From Candidatus Thorarchaeota archaeon (GTDB lineage: Archaea; Asgardarchaeota; Thorarchaeia; Thorarchaeales; Thorarchaeaceae), in assembly GCA_004524445.1 (NCBI GenBank), contig SDNP01000027.1, positions 1 through 41,981 of the forward strand: a stretch of DNA of 41,981 bases, given 5' to 3'. Position numbers and translations under genes: made by a program. Of this stretch, positions 1 to 9,187 are shown piece after piece; the first letter of the stretch is position 1; every line of letters begins with the position of its first letter. Under the pieces are notes generated by a model. That model worked only from the letters and a program-made list of their open reading frames with translations, made no database searches and was not told the origin of the DNA.

Positions 1-185
1 CCCGATCGGACCTCATTCTGGAGGCGAACCCCCAGAATAACGAGTGTCACCTAGACGACGGCCAGTTCATGACCCCGTGTGTCAGGGCTCGAAGGGAGCC
101 CAGATCTGGAGCCCGTCGCCATTCCGTTCCAGGCAGCTAGGGAAACCCTAGAGGCTGACTAGGCCACCACCCCATTGGGTGTAGC
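1..185 (-). ncRNA. Unassigned structured RNA, truncated by the window start
   Basis: Minus-strand helices with G-U pairs: AUUCUGGGGG-UUCG-CCUCCAGAAU, GGCGACGG/CCGUCGUC, GCCUGGA/UCUAGGU, CUAGGG/CCCUAG, GGGCUC/GAGCCC. A BRE/TATA-like GAAAGGTTCATAT lies at ~216-204 on the minus strand. Confidence 0.5.
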
Positions 186-348
186 ACGGCATGCCGGTTT
201 ACGATATGAACCTTTCGCCAGCACACTGAACGAGTCTGATGATTTGTCCGGAAGTGAGAGTGAATCCTCAAGGTAGAATTCCAGTGTACCCAGTTCCACG
301 CAAGACTGATATGGAGAATCAGCAAAAGAGAGGCTGGAGTTATGCGGC

Positions 349-1495
349 GTGGGCAGGATTGAGATTCCCTACATAACCATGGATGGCGAACGTAGGTCCA
401 AATATTGTGATACAGATACCAATCATTTGTCAATCAAGTATTCCCTCACAAAGATGTTGGACCTCTCCCCTCTGGCAAGTTGTTCTTCCCTTCAACCCCT
501 AGAAATAGAGGATAATGTCTCAAAGAAGCTGGTTCTCCCTGCCAGCTCCTCCTTTGCAGATCCTCACAATAAAGCGAATTATAGAATTGGACAAACTCGA
601 TTTATCTCCCCTAGATCGTTGTTCTTCCCTGCAGACTCTGGAAATAGGAGGCATCCTTGTGCAGGAACTGGACCTATCTCCCCTAGCTTGTTGTTCCTCC
701 CTGCAAACCCTCTCGATACTGTGTTCTCATTTGCAAGAGCTGGACATAACACCACTGCTAGCAACCAGAGAATTAGGGCTCAATGTAATTGGATCTCCTG
801 TTCACACGGTTTTCAGCAAGGCCGCCGTCGAGCAGGCCAACCCCCATCTTGCAACAAAGGTAAATCATTTCGATAGCATCAGGAATCGCTATACTGTGGC
901 TACAGTTCGGAGCTTACTCCCCCTCATCGTCAAATACGAGGATTCCAAATGGAAGATAAGACACCTCGCTTTTGGTCTGACAAAAGACATTGATATTCAG
1001 GGGATGGGCCTGATTGATATTCCCTTGGACAAGTTTCAGTCACATCTTCAAGAAACCGCCTCTTCTGATCTCTCTGAATTTCTTGTTTCATTCTACTGTG
1101 ACCAGATTGATAGAGGAGGTACGACCATCGGAGCTGATATTCAAGGTTTGAGTGAACACGATGGCGAGTGTGCCATCAGAGCCAAAGCCATCATCAACCT
1201 GCGGAATGAAGAGATGAAGCAGGTCTACGTTCTGAAGAATTCTCATACCATCGACCTGCGTCCTCTCTGGCTTACTGCGTATGGCTTTCAGATTCTCTCC
1301 GGTTTGAAACTTGGGCTAGAGTGCTCCAAGGAAGAGTTTGAGCAGGTTCAGGAGGCTATAGAGAAATTAGGCTTTGAGATCGAAGTGAGAGAGGACGGAT
1401 TAACCGACTATCCGGATACTATCTCCCCTGAGCTCTGGGAGTACATCTGGAGGCTTGCAGAAGATCCAGAACTACGAGAAAAGATGAAACTCTGA
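349..1495 (+). pseudogene. Leucine-rich repeat protein split by a frameshift near 553 (ORFs 349..876 and 515..1495)
   Basis: LDLSPLxxCSSLQxLxI repeats start in the 349 frame and continue in the 515 frame. The second repeat unit is eroded and carries the frame change. Confidence 0.7.
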
Positions 1496-1650
1496 ATGTA
1501 AGGTTTGCTCCTTCCCCCGAGCTGAATGAGGTCAACTGAATCCTGAATTCATGTCTAGTAGTTGACTAACACCACTAAGTGAAGATTGCTTCTATCGTAA
1601 GGGTATTTTATGCAAAAGTACAATGTATAGTGTATTAAAGAAGAGGACGC

Positions 1651-2532
1651 ATGAAGATGGCTAAAAGATCCAACGCAATAACGCTCCTAGTCGCAGTATA
1701 TCTTCTTGTAGCAATGTTCATGCCCGTGCCGGCCCAAGTGGGCACCCCTGGCGTTCCAGGGAGGATTGTTTCTGAGGTGGACGCATTTACCTACCGAACA
1801 TCCTTCCAAACTTCTGATGGCACAGAAATATTCCTGATTCGGAGTGCCTATACCCTTCGGCACCTCTATCAACACCATCACCCTACCATCAACCATCATT
1901 ACATGCGCATCTCAGTGGGCTTCTATTACGGAAAGACACTCCTGGGTCGTTCTATTATTGACTCAATTGAATTTGGAGAACTTGCCTTTTATGCCAAATG
2001 GATCGACTCTGCAGGATATTCCTTTGATTTGAAGGGGCAAGAGGATATGTTCTCCCTATCAGGTTCAGTCGAAGATGGCAAACTGGTTGCAGTAACAAGG
2101 CTGCTGGATGATGATGCCCGTTCACGGTATATGCCCTTGTTTGGCGGCACATACGTGCTTACAGACTTCGAAATAACACTTATAGACGAAACAGTGATCG
2201 ACTATGGCGATGTAGAGATTGAGGTATTGAAGTCTGCCAACGAGTTCACTGCTCGCGATGCGCAATTAGTCAGCGAAAAGAATTTGACCTATGAGAGCGA
2301 CGAAAAATATCTGGAAATCTCATCATCTGTTCAAACACCATTGGTAGTAATCGTGGATGCGTTTCTTGCTGTTACAGTTTTGGGCGGGGTAAGTGTCACC
2401 GCTATACTAGTTTTATTGCATGTTCGGGGACGCATTGAACTGCCAATTGACAGACTGAAAGGAATCATTGGAAAACAAAAGGATGGAAACGAAGAGAGGC
2501 CCTCAAGTATCAATCCAAAGCAAAACTCGTAG
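1651..2532 (+). CDS. Hypothetical secreted, membrane-anchored protein
   Basis: Hydrophobic N-terminal signal-like segment, C-terminal TM helix with a basic tail, His-rich patch, and a TATA-like element upstream (~1605). Confidence 0.7.
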   Translation: MKMAKRSNAITLLVAVYLLVAMFMPVPAQVGTPGVPGRIVSEVDAFTYRTSFQTSDGTEIFLIRSAYTLRHLYQHHHPTINHHYMRISVGFYYGKTLLGRSIIDSIEFGELAFYAKWIDSAGYSFDLKGQEDMFSLSGSVEDGKLVAVTRLLDDDARSRYMPLFGGTYVLTDFEITLIDETVIDYGDVEIEVLKSANEFTARDAQLVSEKNLTYESDEKYLEISSSVQTPLVVIVDAFLAVTVLGGVSVTAILVLLHVRGRIELPIDRLKGIIGKQKDGNEERPSSINPKQNS

Positions 2533-2613
2533 TCTTCATGGGTACCACCTTACAATTACACGGGGCTGTCCTAGAGCAAGGTTTAAATCATCATATCGAA
2601 TTTCTCATTCTTG

Positions 2614-2730
2614 ATGGCGGCCATAGCACATGGGTTTTACCTGATCCCATTCTGAACTCAGAAGTCAAGCCCATGAGCGTTGAGGGAGATGTGCGGTGCG
2701 CGAGCCCGTGACAGGCCCTCAAGCTGCCAC
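2614..2730 (+). rRNA. rrf: 5S rRNA (stand-alone)
   Basis: TGGCGGCCATAGC...CCTGATCCCATTCTGAACTCAGAAGTCAAGCC...GCTGCCA with pairing ends; TTTAAA box at 2582 and a T-run after 2730. Confidence 0.95.
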
Positions 2731-2830
2731 TTTTTCCAGTTTTACCATTACCTCCCAATTTTGTTATTTTCCTTCACAAAACCCAATGTACTAACAGAAA
2801 CGATTAAGTGATAACTTTCAGCAGTCCGCA

Positions 2831-3964
2831 GTGATTTATATGCAACTCCCAGGTCAAGAGACTGGCGAATTCAGCTGGCTCATAAATATTGCATTCTTTG
2901 CGTTCATCATAATAATGAGTCTCTACGGAACGAAAATTCAGCTCTGGCAGATGCTAAAACAGATTGAGGCCGGTCTAATTGAGCTGAAAAAGATGGCGAT
3001 TGAATCAAGACAGACTGCAATTGAAACCTTCGAGCAATATGGGAAATCCGAGGAAGAGGTTGCCACAGATATAGACAGATGGTTAGACTACTTTACCATC
3101 ATGCCCGTAGACCTTGACCCGGCCGGTGTACTAAAAAGACTTGACCACATCTTAGATGAACGCCGAGACCGTTTTCAAGAATTTGTTTCTACACTCGCTC
3201 CGGAGGCAACGGAATCTCAGTGCCAATCACTTGAGAATACACTAGAGGTCACCCAAGTGCTCGGCCTGATTTTCAGAATAGTAAGGCACTTCTACATTCT
3301 TGGGAAGAAGACTGGGAGTCAGATAATGATAATGCAGGTCCATATGCAGATGCCTGAACTACTTAGAATTGCAAAGGCATACTTTGATGCCCTCGATGCC
3401 TTCTCTGCCGGAAAACCAATTGGCGATGGCATTGGCCCTCTATCTGTGACCAAATTTGCTAGGGAGATGGGTGCCACACCAGACTCGTATGTACAGGAGG
3501 TTTCTCGAGAAGTTGGATACTATCCTGTTGAATTCGAAGAACGCACTATCTACGCTGTACGGGCAACAGGCCCTGGCGGCACTGTTGGAAAACCCGGATT
3601 TGCAGTGAAGAATCTTATAGAGCAAAATCAGGGTCAAATCAAAAGAATTGTTACTGTTGATGCTGCCCTAAAACTTGAGGGAGAATCTCTTGCTCGTGTT
3701 TCGGAGGGTACAGGAGCTGCTATTGGAGACCCTGGACCTGAGAAATATGCAATAGAAGAAACTGCAACTAATAACGGCATTCCTCTCGAGGCCATAGTAA
3801 TCAAGCAGGATGAAGCAGCCGCCGTGGGCGTTATGGACAAACGTATTCTCGATTCAGTTGCAGAAGTCATCGAACGTATTAAGGCGGCAATAAGATTCCG
3901 TACACAACCCGGAGATAAAGTGATCTTGGCTGGAATTGGCAATACAATTGGAATTGGACTATGA
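2831..3964 (+). CDS. DUF1512 family protein
   Basis: N-terminal TM; motifs PVDLDPAG, PIGDGIGP, GPGGTVGKPG, VDAALKLEGE, GIGNTIGIG. Confidence 0.85.
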   Translation: MIYMQLPGQETGEFSWLINIAFFAFIIIMSLYGTKIQLWQMLKQIEAGLIELKKMAIESRQTAIETFEQYGKSEEEVATDIDRWLDYFTIMPVDLDPAGVLKRLDHILDERRDRFQEFVSTLAPEATESQCQSLENTLEVTQVLGLIFRIVRHFYILGKKTGSQIMIMQVHMQMPELLRIAKAYFDALDAFSAGKPIGDGIGPLSVTKFAREMGATPDSYVQEVSREVGYYPVEFEERTIYAVRATGPGGTVGKPGFAVKNLIEQNQGQIKRIVTVDAALKLEGESLARVSEGTGAAIGDPGPEKYAIEETATNNGIPLEAIVIKQDEAAAVGVMDKRILDSVAEVIERIKAAIRFRTQPGDKVILAGIGNTIGIGL

Positions 3965-3974
3965 GGTGGAATAA

Positions 3975-4346
3975 ATGGGTGTACTATCAAAAATACTTGG
4001 TGCAATTCTCTCGGGCGTTGGAGGCATTATCCTCTTTTTCGGGTTTAATGCAGATCCCGGCATCTCTTACATTTGGCTATTCATAGGAATACTGGTAATG
4101 TCAATGGGTTTCAGTTTGCTTACTGGTGGTCGAAAGAAACCAGAAATTGAGCCACTTCCACCAACAATAACTGAAATTCATTGTACGGATCCTGAATGCG
4201 ACTTCAAAGAACTTCGCGATTTTGAGAAGGATGATTATATTCTCAAACCTTTGGATGCAAAATGTCCAAAATGCGGTGGAAAAATGGTCATCGAAGGTGT
4301 GTACATAGTCAGAGAAGAAGATGAAAATGAGGAAATCAAGATTTAG
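3975..4346 (+). CDS. Small membrane protein with a zinc ribbon
   Basis: Two TM helices, then CxxxxC...RDFEKDDYI...CPKCGG; GAGGTG RBS directly after DUF1512. Confidence 0.75.
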   Translation: MGVLSKILGAILSGVGGIILFFGFNADPGISYIWLFIGILVMSMGFSLLTGGRKKPEIEPLPPTITEIHCTDPECDFKELRDFEKDDYILKPLDAKCPKCGGKMVIEGVYIVREEDENEEIKI

Positions 4347-5254
4347 TCATTGCTGGTTAGCGTAATAGTTTCATCTTCACCAACGAAAACCGTGTGTTCC
4401 GATTGTGAAACTGGACGACCCTTCTTAGAAATCTGTACTGGATGCCCTCGTATGGCTCCCACCTTCAGGAGCTCTCTCATCTCAGTCAACAGATCTACGC
4501 TTTCGGATTTTACCCGAATCCACCGAGCTGTGAATGGAAAGGGCCCGTATTTTTTTCGCAAATGAATACGCAGTTTCTCGGTCACTCCCTCTAGCCCAAC
4601 CTTTTTTCCGGTATTAGAGAAAATGTATACAAGGTCACTATCAATGACTTCCCCTACTCCACTAGTAGCATACGGTTCAATGGCATAACACTCACCGACT
4701 TCGATGCTAGGTGAGAACCTCTTCCCAACATTTGGAACACTCTTTTCCCCATGAAGCCTATTTCTCTCTATTTGGTGACCGGAAAGGTTTCTAATTGGTT
4801 TCAGACCGTATTGCTTCAGAACACTCTCAATCTTCTTGCCAACATCACCAAGAGATATCCCGGGTCTGAAAAGAGAGATTGCCTCTCTCAGAGCATCATC
4901 TGTTGCATAAACAAACCCCTCAAGTTCACCATCCAAATCTACGGTCTTTGCAGTGTCTGTAATGTAACCATTTACCTGAACCCCAAGATCGACTTTAACC
5001 AATCCGGATTCCGGAATACTGCGTTGGTCTCCTATTGGAGAAGTGTAGTGAGCTGCAAAATTATCTATGGACACTGTACAGGGAAAAGCTGGTCGCCCTC
5101 CATACTCGACGATTTTGTCCTCTGCAAACCTACAAATCTTCGCCACCTTGGCTCCCGACTGCACAGCTTCTATCGTTTCATCTAGTACTCTTGCAGCTAT
5201 TCTTCCTGCTTTGATGTGCTCGGCAGTAGGTTTGCTCATGATTATGTTCTCCAC
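4343..5254 (-). CDS. map: Type II methionine aminopeptidase, paralog 2 (alternative start 5239)
   Basis: PAFPC, AAHYT, KVDLG...DTA, GHQI, AIEPY and SQSEHT metal ligands intact. Confidence 0.92.
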   Translation of the reverse strand: MENIIMSKPTAEHIKAGRIAARVLDETIEAVQSGAKVAKICRFAEDKIVEYGGRPAFPCTVSIDNFAAHYTSPIGDQRSIPESGLVKVDLGVQVNGYITDTAKTVDLDGELEGFVYATDDALREAISLFRPGISLGDVGKKIESVLKQYGLKPIRNLSGHQIERNRLHGEKSVPNVGKRFSPSIEVGECYAIEPYATSGVGEVIDSDLVYIFSNTGKKVGLEGVTEKLRIHLRKKYGPFPFTARWIRVKSESVDLLTEMRELLKVGAIRGHPVQISKKGRPVSQSEHTVFVGEDETITLTSND

Positions 5255-5256
5255 GA

Positions 5257-6168
5257 CTACACTATTTCATTACATCTTCTTGTGGTTACTATGGTCTTCT
5301 CTTCGCCAACGAATACGGTGTGTTCAAACTGAGAAACCATGCCACCTTGTCCTTCAATCAAGACGGGATATGCTCTCAATATACCTAGGTGAGTTAGATT
5401 GTTGATTGCCGCATCCACATCAACGCCCTTTAACTTCCCATGAAGCCATCTAGAGGCCCAAGGAAGGGTACCGAATGCTTTTCTGGCAGCATCTCTCACG
5501 CGACGTGATTCTCTATCTGTTTTCTTCTTATTCTTCATATCATTCGAGTAGATGTATGCTTCTGACGCTGCTTTTATTGTTCCATTACCGTCTGTGGCAA
5601 ACGGTTCAATTGCATAGGTTTCCCCCGCCTTCATTTTGCTTGTGAACTTAGACCCAATATTTGGGACGTTCTTTCCCGCATGCAAAGACCAGGGTTTCAT
5701 TTGATGTCCAGATAATTGATGTATCGGACGCAGATTGTGGCTCTTAATCACCCGTTCTATAATGGACCCAATCTCCCCGAGCTTTACCCCCGGTTTCACT
5801 GCATCAATTGCCGCATTCAGGGCATTTCTTGCCGCAAATATGTAGTTGTCATAAGAACCGTCCAAGTCCACCGTATATGCGGTATCGGATAAATGGCCAT
5901 TTACATGAGCGCCAATATCCACCTTCACCAGCCCAGTTCCTGGAAAGACTCGTTTATCTCCATATGGACTGCTATAATGAGCCGCCTCTTGATTTATTGA
6001 AACATTACATGGAAAGGCAGGTCGACCTCCGTAAGCAACGATTTGTTTCTCAACAAGCTCACATATTTTGAGGACAGATTCCTCCGGTTTTACATGCGGA
6101 ATTGCATGGCGCATTACTTCTGCTGCAATTTTTCCAGCTTTGATAAAATCAGGGTGCGGTTCCATCAA
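5257..6168 (-). CDS. map: Type II methionine aminopeptidase, paralog 1
   Basis: PAFPCN, AAHYS, KVDIGAH...DTA, GHQM, AIEPF and SQFEHT intact. Confidence 0.93.
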   Translation of the reverse strand: MMEPHPDFIKAGKIAAEVMRHAIPHVKPEESVLKICELVEKQIVAYGGRPAFPCNVSINQEAAHYSSPYGDKRVFPGTGLVKVDIGAHVNGHLSDTAYTVDLDGSYDNYIFAARNALNAAIDAVKPGVKLGEIGSIIERVIKSHNLRPIHQLSGHQMKPWSLHAGKNVPNIGSKFTSKMKAGETYAIEPFATDGNGTIKAASEAYIYSNDMKNKKKTDRESRRVRDAARKAFGTLPWASRWLHGKLKGVDVDAAINNLTHLGILRAYPVLIEGQGGMVSQFEHTVFVGEEKTIVTTRRCNEIV

Positions 6169-6318
6169 TAATATTTCACCATTGACACTCTCGGTAGGAC
6201 CTCTAACCCCTTACAAGGAATTCGATTAAGTCATTGGGATTGAAGCAAAGAGTGTCGGTTGGTGTGACGAAAGATAGAAGTGTATGTGCTAAGGAAGACC
6301 TAGTGAGGTAGACAACCA

Positions 6319-6993
6319 ATGGAAATTACCTATCTTGGTCATTCCGCGTTTAAGATTGAAGCAGATGGAAAGATAATCTTCCTTGACCCTTGGTTAGGTG
6401 GTCCTGCATCCCCTATGACTGTGGACTCGGTGGACGATGCTGATATATGCCTAGTAACGCACGACCACGGCGATCATGGGTATTCAGAAGCAGTTGAAAT
6501 CTGTAAGAAGACCGGGGCATATTTTGTTGCCATAAATGAATTGGCTCTCAAGGCAAAATCAGCAGGCGTGGAAAATGTCCATACATTAAACATCGGAGGA
6601 AGTATTGACATAAATGGTGTAGTCGTTACATTAGTGCAAGCCTTTCATTCCTGTAAAATAGGCTCACCCACTGGTTTTATCATCCAGCTTGACTCCGGTA
6701 CTGTTTACCATGCTGGGGACACGGGCATTTTCTATGATATGAAACTCTTCGGAGATATGTATGATATTGATATTGCAATGTTGCCAATAGGATCTTACTA
6801 TACAATGTCAATAAAACAAGCTTCTAAGGCAACTAGTTTGATCCGTCCGAAAGCAGTAATTCCAATGCATTACAATACATTTCCAGTCATTGAGACTGAC
6901 CCTGAAGAATTCCGGAAATTAGTATCAAAAGAATCACCTGAAAGTAAGGTAGAAGTTTTCGACATTGGCGACACGAGAGATATCGCTCTGTAA
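6319..6993 (+). CDS. Metallo-beta-lactamase fold hydrolase (UPF0173-like)
   Basis: YLGHS, THDHGDH, YHAGDT, LPIG, PMHYNTF. Confidence 0.9.
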   Translation: MEITYLGHSAFKIEADGKIIFLDPWLGGPASPMTVDSVDDADICLVTHDHGDHGYSEAVEICKKTGAYFVAINELALKAKSAGVENVHTLNIGGSIDINGVVVTLVQAFHSCKIGSPTGFIIQLDSGTVYHAGDTGIFYDMKLFGDMYDIDIAMLPIGSYYTMSIKQASKATSLIRPKAVIPMHYNTFPVIETDPEEFRKLVSKESPESKVEVFDIGDTRDIAL

Positions 6994-7021
6994 GCGACTA
7001 GTACACCCGTAAAAATAAAGT

Positions 7022-7123
7022 GGTCGATGCCTGTATCCCAGCACACTAACTCCCAGAATCACAGCATCGGAGTGTATCCGGCTCCTCTGAGCTGTCTCGT
7101 GTCGGGTGAATAAAGCATCGACC
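7022..7123 (-). ncRNA. Putative ~100-nt structured small RNA
   Basis: Terminal stem GGUCGAUGC/GCAUCGACC extended by G-U pairs on the minus strand, internal hairpins GCUC/GAGC and CGGA/UCCG, followed by TTTATTTTT. Confidence 0.45.
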
Positions 7124-7220
7124 TACCCGCCAATGTGCGAGGTCTGGGTGACCTACAAATCATCTACGGAGCAATGCCCCTTATCATATAGGTCCGTTTT
7201 ACCTCACTATATTGGTATTT

Positions 7221-7328
7221 GGCAGGCTATCATCTAGGCTGTGTCCCATTCCTTGCGCAACACCTCATCGATCGAGTCTCAGTGCGCCCTCGTGAATGGG
7301 TAATTTCTCCTAGACAGATTATCCTGCT
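7221..7328. ncRNA. Putative long interrupted-hairpin small RNA
   Basis: Nested helices GCAGG/CCTGC, TCTAGG/CCTAGA, CCCATTC/GAATGGG and GCGCA/TGCGC in an intergenic region. Confidence 0.45.
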
Positions 7329-7735
7329 CATTTCTTTTTATTAGCATTGTCACACGACAAAGAGGGACACGTGAGTTACTTTGGTAATCATTCAAATGGC
7401 GACAGCGACATCTTCAAAAGGAATAATGACTGAATGGCCCGCAGGACAGAGTCGACCAATATCGATTAGGTCCATAAAATCATCAAATCATAAACGCCGT
7501 GGAAAACCACCGGTAAATATCGAGTACATGTGGAATAATTATCATCACTCATAACTTGAGATTATCATCATCACATACTCATCACATCACGATTATCACA
7601 AACACACGTCAGAAATGGTACAAAATCGTTTCCAAGCGAAGTTAGGTCAAATAGACCCGAGTATTCAGACTCGTAGAAGAAGAATCACATGTGAGTGAAC
7701 TCGGTACAAGGTGGGGAGAACGGCACACATAGGAG

Positions 7736-9010
7736 ATGTGCATAGAAATAGGTGCAGGTGACTTTGACTCGAGTACTGCAAAATACGTAATTCGAGCGAA
7801 GATTGAGATTGACGGAGTAGTAGACAAACCCGATGTTATCGGCGCAGTCTTTGGACAAACTGAGGGCTTACTAGGAGAAGACTTGGATTTAAGGGAACTT
7901 CAGCGTACTGGACGAATTGGGCGGATACAAATCGCTATCAAATCGAAAGGAGGCAGTAGTCGGGGAGAGATTGTCATACCGGTTTCTTTGAATAAAACTG
8001 CCACTGCGATACTCGCAGCCGCATTAGAAACTGTAGACCGTGTAGGTCCCTGTTCTGCGAAAGTTACCCTTCAGAAGCTAGAGGATATTAGAGGCGCAAA
8101 GCGAAGACGGGTGGTCAGTAGAGCTATATCCATTCTCAAGGGCTGGGAGGATGAAATTGCTCCAGGAACTGAGGAAATCACTTCAGCCGTTTCCAAAGGG
8201 CGAAAGAGAACTGTGGCGAAATACGGACCGGATAGATTGCCCGCAGGTCCCGATTTCTCAAAAGCTGATGAAATTATCATTGTTGAGGGACGTGCGGATG
8301 TCATTAATCTCTTGAAGAGTGGTATTACAAACACAGTTGCAGTAGAAGGAACAAATATTCCAAAGTCAATTTCCAGTCTAACAAAGGAGAAGGACAAGAA
8401 GGTTGTGGCATTTCTAGATGGTGACAGAGGTGGCGATTTAATCCTCCGTGAGTTGATGCAAGTTGCAGATATAGACTTCATTGCTCGGGCCCCAGAGGGA
8501 AAGGAAGTTGAGAATTTGACTCATAGAGAGATAACCAAAGCACTACAGGCACAAATTCCAGCAGGTGAAGCCTTGTCCATTGTCAGCAAGAAACCCTCAA
8601 GAGAGCCAGAAAAAGCAAAATCGGTTTCTAAAGAGAGGAAGAAACCAGCAAAGACTGCATCCAAACCCGAGAGAAGGGTTCGACGGCCTAGACGAGAGCC
8701 TAAACCCACTAAGCCACAGGCATCTGTAGACTCAGAGTACCTCGGAAAATTAGATGATTTGAAAGAATCATTCAAGGCAGTCATCTATGATGAGAATAAG
8801 AACGTAGTCGAAGAATGCGGGGTAGCTGAGCTCGCCAAAAAATTGGAAACAATGGAAAAAGTGTCAACGATTTTGTTTGACGGAGTCGTAACACAGCGAA
8901 TCGTGGATACAGCAGGGGCAAAAGGTACAGAACTGGTCATTGCAGCTGCCAAATCGGACATAGAGAATAAGCCCAAACAGATGACAATTCTAACATATGA
9001 CGACTTGTAG
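7736..9010 (+). CDS. dnaG: Archaeal DnaG (TOPRIM; exosome-associated)
   Basis: DVIGAVFGQTEGLLG, LRELQRTGRIGRI, VEGRADV, FLDGDRGG. Confidence 0.96.
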   Translation: MCIEIGAGDFDSSTAKYVIRAKIEIDGVVDKPDVIGAVFGQTEGLLGEDLDLRELQRTGRIGRIQIAIKSKGGSSRGEIVIPVSLNKTATAILAAALETVDRVGPCSAKVTLQKLEDIRGAKRRRVVSRAISILKGWEDEIAPGTEEITSAVSKGRKRTVAKYGPDRLPAGPDFSKADEIIIVEGRADVINLLKSGITNTVAVEGTNIPKSISSLTKEKDKKVVAFLDGDRGGDLILRELMQVADIDFIARAPEGKEVENLTHREITKALQAQIPAGEALSIVSKKPSREPEKAKSVSKERKKPAKTASKPERRVRRPRREPKPTKPQASVDSEYLGKLDDLKESFKAVIYDENKNVVEECGVAELAKKLETMEKVSTILFDGVVTQRIVDTAGAKGTELVIAAAKSDIENKPKQMTILTYDDL

Positions 9011-9187
9011 TCAGCTCTTCCTGAGAAAGCCTCGAATGTCTAGATAGAAGAAAAAGGCGCTTCTAAAAAGCCCTCTATCGGTATGCCCAGAAAGTGCTAT
9101 TCCGCATTTTTTATTTGGGTAGTATATCGGGCAAGGCATAACGAACGGGTCCCGAAAAGGATCCTGACGATTTGGAGATAGATACAA

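Noticed and set aside
232-260. Hammerhead ribozyme core (CTGATGA)
   Set aside because: No stem II followed by GAAA.
349-1495. DGR template/variable repeat pair in the LRR gene
   Set aside because: Repeat differences are not adenine-specific and there is no reverse transcriptase in the window.
7001-7009. GTACACCCG matching the tRNA-iMet 3' end (possible att site)
   Set aside because: Only 9 nt, the intervening genes are housekeeping, and there is no integrase.
7691-7702. GTGAGTGAACTC matching the tnpB upstream RNA (possible target)
   Set aside because: Only 12 nt with no flanking similarity; compatible with chance.
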